From NCBI GenBank assembly GCA_963707985.1, contig CAVPRW010000002.1, forward strand, positions 64,001 to 128,000: a DNA stretch of 64,000 nucleotides. The letters run 5' to 3'. Positions within the stretch are counted from its first letter, which is position 1. Every line of letters starts with the position of its first letter. Below, piece by piece: positions 55,851 to 64,000 of this stretch. The notes under the pieces are model-generated. The model made no database searches, had not been told where the DNA came from, and saw only the letters and a program-made list of their open reading frames with translations. This DNA is from an uncultured Nitrospinota bacterium (GTDB lineage: Bacteria; Tectomicrobia; Entotheonellia; J063; CAVPRW01). A program made the translations under genes and the position numbers.

Positions 55851-57351
55851 CATAGGCGCGTACTTAAGGTTATTCCCTCAGCGCGCCCCCGTCATGCCGC
55901 CTCCTGCTCGATGGCGGGCAACACGAGTGCGCGACCTGTGAGCCAAGCGCGTATGGTTGTTTCCTGAGGCTCTCGGCGGCGCGGGCTGAGCACCACAAAG
56001 CGACGCAAGCGGGGCAAGCATGTCTGCACCCGCGCCTGCGACCACGTGCCATAGACTTGCTGCCGCAGGGTATCGAGGCCGAGGCCGGTCAGCAACCAAC
56101 TACTGACCGGCATGGGCGCCATGGGCGTGTCGGTGGGCAGATGAGCCCGGATCGTGGCCATCGCCTCTTCTGGCAAGGCCCAGGCCATGAGCAACGCCCG
56201 CACAGTGGCTTCCACACTGGTGGGATGTGACGTCGGATGTGATTGAGTCGGAGCAACTGTTTCATCCGTTTACACACCAGTTCCACTTGCCAGCGCGCCC
56301 GATACAGGCGCAGGACGTCGACCGAGCGGCCAGGCGGTGGCGGCCAGCGTGGTGACGAGCAGCACCCCATCCGCCAGGAGTAACGCCGTCGCGCTCGGCG
56401 TCCGCCCCTTCTTTTGTGCCTTGTGCCGCACCCGTCGCCGGGCAATGGCCGCGGCAGCGGGTGGGAGCTGCGCCGCCAACAGTCGGACGGCATCGCGCTG
56501 GTGCTCGCCAGGCACACCAGCCGTGCCACTCCCGCGTGGCCTGGCCTGGCGTCCGCAGCCATGGTACGACCTCGAAGGCCTCGCCCGCCGCTGTTTCAAG
56601 TGGGAAGGTGGCGGGTGTGACCCGCCGCACGACGTCCGCCTGCTGGCGCGTCGCGCTGGCGACGCTCATACGGTCACCATCGCCGTTGTCGGCGACCGCG
56701 ATGTCACCGGGCGGCAGGGCAAAGGGGACTAGACTTTCGCCCTCCTACCGATCCGTCACACGGACCTGTGCGAGCCGGCCAGCGGTGAAGTCATACGCCA
56801 GATGCAGCCGCCAGTCGTCCCCCGTGCCGCCCAGCTGCCGGAGCGTGCTGGCCTCCACGAGCAGAACACGGCCCCGAGGACAGGATGGATGCGGGTCGAC
56901 TCGCCCTCGGGGTGGCCACCAAGGCGCTAAGGAGCCAGAGCCACCAGGGATGACAGGCCGCAGCCGCGTGCGCCAGGCGGCCTCGGAGATATCCGCGAGC
57001 CCGATCAGCACGGCCCAAGCGCCAAGACGCCGGGTCGACAGGGCGCCCAGGACATAGGCCAGCACCGCCCGCAACAGGTCGACAGGGGTGGCGAGGCCGC
57101 GCACACGTTGGAAGGCTTTATACGTGCGGGCCTGTGCCGCGAGATCCGCGGGCAACCGTGGCACCACCTCACGTCGTCCACGTATCCTCCACGAGCGCCA
57201 GTGGTGCCTCGACGGTACGGTCGGTATGATGGGGTCAAGACCAGCATAGACACCTCCTGAAGATGGTCATGGTGTGGCAACCATCATCTTACCGGAACGC
57301 CTGTGCTGGTCCCAGTGTCAATTGTTCGAGGCGCTTAAGTTCGCGCCTATG
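55851..57351 (-). mobile_element. IS4-family insertion sequence, 1501 bp
   Basis: Terminal IRs CATAGGCGCG(T/A)ACTTAAG, 17/18 match; 10-bp target duplication GGTGTTGTCC at 55841-55850 and 57352-57361. Confidence 0.92.
55870..57200 (-). pseudogene. IS4-family DDE transposase, multiply frameshifted
   Basis: Fragments [34 protein letters not shown] and LYRARWQVELVCKRMKQ (YREK motif). Confidence 0.82.
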
Positions 57352-57750
57352 GGTGTTGTCCCCCAGGGACGCATGCAGATCATGCGCGTGGGCGGCCAAT
57401 TGGCGTCGCGGCATGGCTGACCTTCTGCGGTGTCAGCCACAGTAGACTCCGTTCCGGTGTCTCGTGTCTTCACGGGGAGCACTATAGGGTCGATCTCTTC
57501 GCCCTCGAGGTGGAAGATACACAGACCATGAAGGCGAGATTGTCGAGGCGTTCACTATCGGTCAGCAAGAGACCGGCAAGGCAACGCTTGTAGGGGTGAG
57601 AGAACGAAACGTGAAGAATTTCAGACGAGAAGCTGTAATGCATTGACGAAGGCAGAGTTACGCGACTCGTAGTGAATGGATCATCTATGCTAGGTTAGCG
57701 GCCGCAGGTAGAACTACATGCCGTTCGTAGTAGCTTCGTTCTCACTGGAC

Positions 57751-58728
57751 CTAGTTCCAGGGTGATGTCAGGCCAAATATGCGCAGCTTGGCCTCTAGTT
57801 CTGTCCGCTCGCGATTACGAGCGAGGCTACCATCCTTTCGGCGGTTAAGCAGACCGTACCTGGTAGCGAGGTTACGGGCGTGCTCTGGGGCTTTCGAGTT
57901 CAGGGCTCCGATGATCTCAGCTTCGATGCGCGAAAGTTGCACGGCGTGCTGTCGGTAGTCAAGGAACGCTTCCCAGACGATTGGCACCCATTTCGCGACG
58001 ATTTCCTCCCCGATGATTATGGCGTACGCGCGAATTTCCCGTTGTGCATGTTCATCCATTCTCAGATGGAGGAAGTGGAGAAGATTGTGGAGATCAATCT
58101 TCCAGTACGCTTCGGTATACGTCGAGAGCGGGATCCTTCCGCGCCTGTTCGCGCGCAACGCCAGCCGCTATGCGCGCCTCGTAGACTGCGCGCGCCTTTT
58201 CCTGTAGCTCTTGCTCTGCAGCTGAGAGACACTCCCCGAGGTCGGTTGGCAAGGTGCCACTACTGCCTTGCCGATTCACCGTCGACTGCCTACGCCACTC
58301 GTCTGACGGGGTGCGCTGTGCAGCATCAATGGCAACTGAGTAGCGTGTCGAATACTCATTCACGTTCGCTGTACGGTGACGAATCCACTGGCGCCATGCG
58401 TCCATGGGCACGCGAACGTGAAGTTTGATCTCACACATCTCGAATGGCGTGGGTGTGCAAGTGTCGCATGAGATACCGAATTAAGGCCACGGTCCTCGTG
58501 TACACGCTTGGTCCCAGCTCCGTATGAGATTCGCGCGGCCTGCACGACGGCGGCATCATCTCCCATATAGTCGAGTAGGCGAACGAATCCGTCGTCAAGG
58601 ACGCGAAACGGCTGGCCGAGGATCGTATCCAGCGCAGGGACACTCGGCCGCGTCAAGCGTTCCGGGACCTGTCGCGCCTCCTGATTCAGGCACGTCCGAG
58701 GCGCTTTTGCTTGAATCGGGGTTCGCAC
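57751..58728 (-). CDS. thyX: FAD-dependent thymidylate synthase, split by ~3 frameshifts
   Basis: [39 protein letters not shown] (ThyX motif), [17 protein letters not shown]...HAQREIR; start unclear. Confidence 0.9.
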
Positions 58729-58742
58729 TCAATGACCCATCT

Positions 58743-59610
58743 TCAAGCTTCACGGTATAGTCGCTCTCCGTATACCTTGATCAAGATACGTAAGGTCTCT
58801 CTGTAATCACGAGTGGAAGCCATATGGTCTTCTCGCTGCTGCAGCGCATCCAAAGTTGGGCGATTGAGCTCGTCTATCGCCTGCGTCCTCCACTTGTTTT
58901 TTGGTGCAGGCGGCACACCATGAATAAGTTCCGTGTAGGCAGGCTGCAACTCTTGAATCAGATTACTGAGTTGCACAGGATCAAATGATGGAAACGCCAC
59001 AAGTCTGATCGCCTCGCCCAGCATGGATACTGAGGCTAGTTCTGGTGTCGAAGCCACTTCAAATATGCCGGAAGAGATATAACTCAGCACCGGCTCACTA
59101 TCAACGCTCTGCCGATCTTGTGCGAATTTCTCTCGAGTGGTGGGATACTCCTGCGCTTCACCATAGATGATAGTAACCTCACGATTCTGAGACTCCATCA
59201 ATAGGGCTACGAGTGTTTGGACAATGAGTAGTCGCGACATACCAGAGATATCAACGAACACGTGTTCAAAGTCCCGCGTAAAGTGCTTTAATTCTTCGCC
59301 AATGCCTGCTGGGTTCTCGCGGTCGTACACAAACTCTGTGATCTGGAGATGGGCATCTCGACCAATGTGACGAAGCTCGTCAGTCCGATTTTGCGGGTAC
59401 ATAGGCCGATAGGTTACCAAGCCAAGAGCGAAACCAGAGTACCCCGCCGTACAGGTTCGGTGTAGTACTTCGATCGAACGATCTTCAAAGCCACCACACA
59501 CCAACAAACAGTCACCGCTCCCAATCCGTGGGTGTTTTGATCCGTTGTAAATCGGGCCATTGAACGTTTGATAAACGCTCGTCGGCCCTTTGTATACGAT
59601 TACTAATCAT
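58743..59610 (-). CDS. Uncharacterised Rossmann-like (CARF-like) protein; frameshift near 59530, possibly C-terminally truncated
   Basis: ATG 59610 lies 4 nt after the upstream stop; motifs LVCGGFEDRS, VFVDISGMSRLLI, IIYGEAQEY, LVAFPSFD; the fold assignment is inference. Confidence 0.6.
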
Positions 59611-59614
59611 ACGC

Positions 59615-62142
59615 CTACTCTTCCTGGAACAATTCGGTTTGATTTGGATTCTGGATCCGTATACGTCGGCGTGCGGCATCATCCTCAGACTTCAGTCTCA
59701 TTTTATCCTCGAATTGTTGAGGTTGACACAAAAGCATCTCAATCTGGTCATTTTCCAATTCAAGAGAATCGCGTCGACTGAACGTGAGGCGGAAATGGGG
59801 GACCAAATAACGTCGCAGGTAATATCGGGGGACGATCTTCCCCCGTCTTGACTCATGCCACGTGGATCTTCAATAAGCACTGAATACCGTAACAGCTCGT
59901 TCAGAATCTCTCGCGCATCGTCGGACAGATGGAGAGCATCGTATGGCTCGATCCGCGACGCTTGGTGAGGTGGTTGACTCGTTTCGTTCTTTGCTGTTTC
60001 GTACATGAGATAAGAATGCGCTACGTTGCCGAATGCGGTCACAACCTCCGCTGAGCTGTGTGCCCCATCGGGGCAATGTGCGTACGGACTCCATGAAGAC
60101 ACCCGCAGCCGCGCGTATAGAATCGTGTTGTCGCCGCTGGTGGTATGCGCGGTATAGCATCAGAGGCTGCCAGACAGTCGCGACCGCCATAATCCTCCAC
60201 CATCCTGCTGACCAGACGAATCATATAGTGGATGTCACCGCTACACATAGCAGCAACGGTCTCGCAGCCCGCATAATTTCGACTCCTGGCGCTGATGTTG
60301 CCGGAAAGCGCGGGCAGTGTCGTTTTCGTTACGCGGTATCGACCCTAGCAGCTCTGTCAGAGTTTGGAACCGGATATCCCTCAACCTCGTGGAAGCGACG
60401 ATTGAAAAGCTCCTCAAGGAATGCAAGCGCCCGCTTCGGCCCATCGGTAAGGTACCGTAAGCCCAGATTCAGCAAATCGTATTCCCTTGACTCGATGAAC
60501 CGTTTCCCATCGACGTCCTGACGCGCGAAGGAGACCGGGCTCTTGTCGAGAGTTTGAAAAAGACATCGGCGCTCTACGATACATAAGTAACCGATTAAGA
60601 TTCGCTTGCAAATCCTCTGTAATTTTCGGATGCGAATAGTCGTCGATAAAATAATAAATGCAACGGTTTTCCAAGAAAGAAAAGTGATCCCGAATAGCCT
60701 CACAAGCCTTCAGCATCACTTCTGGACCAAAATAGGCCTGGATAGGTTCGGTCGGTACATGCACAAAACGTTGCTTCTCCGCCGCTCGTTTCCTTTCCTT
60801 CGTGACCAATTTATCAATCAGGGTCGCCAAACGATTGGCACTTGGACTATCGGGAGGCTTGGGTAAATCGAGAAAGCTCCCACAAGCTGGCAACGAGTGA
60901 CTCCTCTTTTCTTCTTGAACTCTATTAGAGAAATGCTCTCATTGCCCATGCACCTATCTGCTTCAGGGTAGTTGCAAGCAACGTGACAGTCAAGAAATGC
61001 ATCGGCACATCTAGCGCTTCGGGACGATCAGGACGTTTGTACCTTGGGAAGGAGAAATACAGATCGTCACATCTGTAATAGATGCCAATGTAGTCAATAC
61101 TGTTTGGCTGATCATTACCTGTAGAGATCAGGTATTCAAGACTCAGCGCGCGGAAGACCGTCGGTTTTACCACATCCGCGCGGCCCAAGTGAGCACGAGA
61201 TTGGATCGTCTCTGAATTTCCGACAAGCCGAGGACCCGATCGGAGTATAGGCTCTTGAGCAACAAATGGGAATTACCCATCTGCTCACAGTTGGGATAAT
61301 CGAAAGGTGTGACGAGCTTTGCGACGGTTTGCGCCTTTGCCGCGGCTCGATACGCATCGTCCAAAGAGTCGAGTTTGTCCAGAAGCGCACGAGGATTGCA
61401 GGCCAATGGATCGGCAACCGTGTCGGTTTCAATCAGATGGCGTTCTAAGAAATCGTGGCGGAGGCTCTCGCGGACGTACCGATCCCGCCCCTCACAATCG
61501 CGATACTCTATACATTCAAGCAACTGTCTGAGTGTGTCCGCTGTGTAAAGATAGTCGCTTGCATGGGCCGCGTGCCCGGTCAATGTCCGCACGCCGAAGT
61601 CGGTGACGCGGAAGGTTGTTCGGTGATAAATATCAAACTCGGCTTGCGCAACGAGTACATTCCCCGCATGCAAATCGCCGTGTTGTTCTCCGCGTTGCTG
61701 CAGCTCATACAAGAGCTCAAACATTGTCCGCAAAAAGCTCTCAACGAACGGTAAGTTGACCTCTGAGTGGTGCTCCTTCATATACGCGCGAAGGTTCTTG
61801 CCTTTCACATAGTGGTACACAAAAACAAGACACTCCCAATCTCTTCGGAGCCAGAGCATGGTCCATCGTATGGGACGACATCGACGCACCGCACAACAGC
61901 TGGGTGCAGAGCAGGTTGGCTTTTTTGGCCTCATTCAAATAGGCGTACTGATCGTCGCTATTGCGTGGGAGGTTATCGACTGGGACAATTTTAAACGCAA
62001 GCTCACTGTTCGTCGATGCGTCAAACGCATAGAACAGATGGCCATTATTGCCAGAGTCGACATGCTCCCGCATCACATGATTCGGGAATCGGCTTATGGA
62101 CTTGCCGAGAAACAGCTCTACTTTGGGGAGATTGCGACGCAT
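59615..62142 (-). CDS. Ser/Thr protein kinase fused to a P-loop (STAND/ORC-CDC6-like) NTPase, ~840 aa, multiply frameshifted
   Basis: DSGNNG loop, AFKIV Lys, HGDLHAGNVL, TDFG; then VLT/GPRGCGKT Walker A and YYFIDDY Walker B; C-terminus ELLRYSVLIE...PHFRLTFSRRDS; fragments tile contiguously across frames. Confidence 0.75.
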
Positions 62143-62144
62143 GC

Positions 62145-63287
62145 TCAGTCTTTCCGGAAGACAAGGATATTCTCTCGCCTTACCCCGGCGAGGTGTCGTC
62201 GTGAGCGCCGGATGTCAGGGATGATATCACTAATGACGTGATCGAGACGCAAGGTCGAGGCGTGTTGTGCGAAAATCTTTGTCAACACCTCAGACGGAAA
62301 TCGATCACCCTTTCGAGTCGTCCGCTCACCGACGACAAAAACACAATAACCGCCCGGCCGAACCTTCTCTGGCAATTGTTGAGCGAGCGCATGGATCGCA
62401 CTTATATAACCATCGAGACCCGTAAGCGCCCTGTCCAGAGACTCCAGGTAGGGTTCGCCTAGAAACCAGAGTCGTAGACGGTTGTCGCGGCCATAATCCA
62501 GGGTGTTCATATAGGGTGGACTTGTGATGACACAATCGATACCATCAGGAAGATTGACAGATTCAACAGAGGATTGGCGAATGTTTTCGATGAATCCGAC
62601 TAACGCGTGTGTCGGTGGGCGTTTCAGCGCACGTGCGACTTTTGCTCTCAGGCGCGGCGCAAGCGGGCGATATTCATAGAGGTCAGGGTATTCCGCTTGA
62701 GGAAACTTGTTTGACCGTAAGTAGGGAACGAGGTGACTACTTGGAAACGAGAGGAATCCAGGTCTCTGATGGTGGAGAATGCCAAGCATAGAGGCCAGCA
62801 GGAAAGATTTACGCTCGCGTTGAACAAATTCAGTAAATCGTAGCGCTTCCTTGAGCGTGTGCGGATGGAAAAAGGCGCGTACCCATGGTGGGACACAGCG
62901 AAGGTCCGGCATCGGGAATGCATCGACACGCTGCAGAAGGTCCTCAAGCTCCGCAAGCGCGGCTTCGCTTGTCATTGGCGCCTGAAGCTTGCCTTGAGTC
63001 AACGTCACCGCATAGATGCTCGTATCAGAAGCAAAGACACGTCGTCCGAGGCGTGCCGCTTCGAGTGGTACAGTCCCACTGCCACAGAACATATCGGCCA
63101 CCAGCTCACCGGGCTGGCTGTACCTCAGGATGAGGTCTTGGGTAATAGAGCTCTTGAGCTTCCCTATGTACGGCGACAGTTGATGCAACGAGCACTCCTG
63201 ATGTGTGCAGGGCTCAGCCCAGTGCGGAGGTGCAGGGGAGGGCATGGCCATGAGCTCGTCATAGTGCGTCATAGGGTTCATGCTCAC
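62145..63287 (-). CDS. DNA amino-methyltransferase, probable N4-cytosine (alpha motif order)
   Basis: HQLSPYIGKL (motif X), DMFCGSGT (motif I), VITSPPY (motif IV); stop is 2 nt before the kinase start. Confidence 0.88.
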   Translation of the reverse strand: MSMNPMTHYDELMAMPSPAPPHWAEPCTHQECSLHQLSPYIGKLKSSITQDLILRYSQPGELVADMFCGSGTVPLEAARLGRRVFASDTSIYAVTLTQGKLQAPMTSEAALAELEDLLQRVDAFPMPDLRCVPPWVRAFFHPHTLKEALRFTEFVQRERKSFLLASMLGILHHQRPGFLSFPSSHLVPYLRSNKFPQAEYPDLYEYRPLAPRLRAKVARALKRPPTHALVGFIENIRQSSVESVNLPDGIDCVITSPPYMNTLDYGRDNRLRLWFLGEPYLESLDRALTGLDGYISAIHALAQQLPEKVRPGGYCVFVVGERTTRKGDRFPSEVLTKIFAQHASTLRLDHVISDIIPDIRRSRRHLAGVRRENILVFRKD

Positions 63288-63384
63288 ATGGTTACCCCTC
63301 TTTGGAGCAGTTGCCCCAGCCCATCCTCGTGAAAGCCAGAAGGCTATCAAGGTGCTTTTCCGGGTGAGGGTTCAGCGTTTCATT

Positions 63385-63789
63385 CTAAACCAACCAGTTT
63401 TCAACCTGGAGAGCTGGAATACGCTCGAAATGGCGCACATTCCCCGTCACAACCGTATACTCCCGGACAAGGGCGGTTGCACCAATGAGCACGTCTTCCA
63501 CACCAATCAGCTCGCCGCGCCGTGCCAAATGGGCAAGAATGTCTCCCGCGACTACTGCCTCGGAGACGCTAAAATCGAGGATGGTCACCCGGGACAAAAC
63601 CTCGTGGGTGATCCGCTGCCAGAAGACCGCGTGATCCTCACGCCGGCGGCTCCCATGGCGCAGTTCCATCACACAGATGCTCGAGGTGAAAAACATTTCA
63701 GGTGGATGGCGCCGTAGACGCGTGAGAAACTGGGGCTTCGGGCGCTTCTTGAGCAGTTCACTCAAGGCGTTGGTATCCAGTAGATACAT
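63385..63789 (-). CDS. vapC: VapC PIN-domain toxin
   Basis: YLLDTNALSE, DVLIGATAL, VVTGNVRHF. Confidence 0.93.
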   Translation of the reverse strand: MYLLDTNALSELLKKRPKPQFLTRLRRHPPEMFFTSSICVMELRHGSRRREDHAVFWQRITHEVLSRVTILDFSVSEAVVAGDILAHLARRGELIGVEDVLIGATALVREYTVVTGNVRHFERIPALQVENWLV

Positions 63790-63793
63790 ACAG

Positions 63794-64000
63794 CTAGTGC
63801 TCTTCCGGCCGCAGCGCACGTGGGTGATGGGTCTCCCGGTCTGCTACGATGGTGTCGATCGTCGTAAAAAAGGGGTCATCGTCCTCCAGCCATCCCTGAG
63901 CATCGGCGACGTGCGGGGCAGCGGCGTCCGCGTCGACGGGGACGAGTCGAGCCATCGGTTTGCCGCGTCGCGTAATGGTGATCGTTTCCCCACCATAGGC
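63794..64000 (-). CDS. Phd/YefM-family antitoxin (5' part outside the window)
   Basis: Manual translation ...AYGGETITITRRGKPMARLVPV...PEEH*, ending 4 nt before vapC. Confidence 0.85.
   Translation of the reverse strand, partial: AYGGETITITRRGKPMARLVPVDADAAAPHVADAQGWLEDDDPFFTTIDTIVADRETHHPRALRPEEH

Overview
GC-rich bacterial chromosomal segment. The gene style (an F420-type DDN enzyme, Tat-exported solute-binding protein (SBP) arrays, a coiled-coil PD-(D/E)xK-like protein, hemEHY) tentatively suggests a soil lineage such as Ca. Tectomicrobia; this is inference only. Left to right: (1) an operon of an Old Yellow Enzyme flavoprotein, two paralogous membrane-anchored RoxA-like diheme cytochromes c and two 4-TM proteins; (2) a NarL-type two-component pair; (3) a CUT1 ABC locus with four tandem paralogous Tat-exported SBPs and no ATPase; (4) a peptide/nickel ABC locus with a deleted second SBP; (5) a DISARM-related (ARMADA-like) defence island of SNF2 helicase, large N6-adenine methyltransferase, a toxin-antitoxin (TA) cargo block and a DEAD-box/UvrD deletion fusion; (6) hemE-hemH-hemY, a CHASE3 hybrid kinase, amidase, AIR-synthase-like, DUF2851, AmgK-like, phosphotriesterase and DDN genes plus gene remnants; (7) a complete IS4-family element with terminal inverted repeats and a 10-bp target duplication; (8) a co-oriented operon of an N4-cytosine-type methyltransferase, a Ser/Thr kinase fused to a P-loop NTPase, a CARF-like protein and ThyX, next to VapBC. 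Cluster 8 is the best candidate for an undescribed system. Many genes are split by single-base frameshifts, probably long-read consensus errors. No rRNA, tRNA or CRISPR array was seen.
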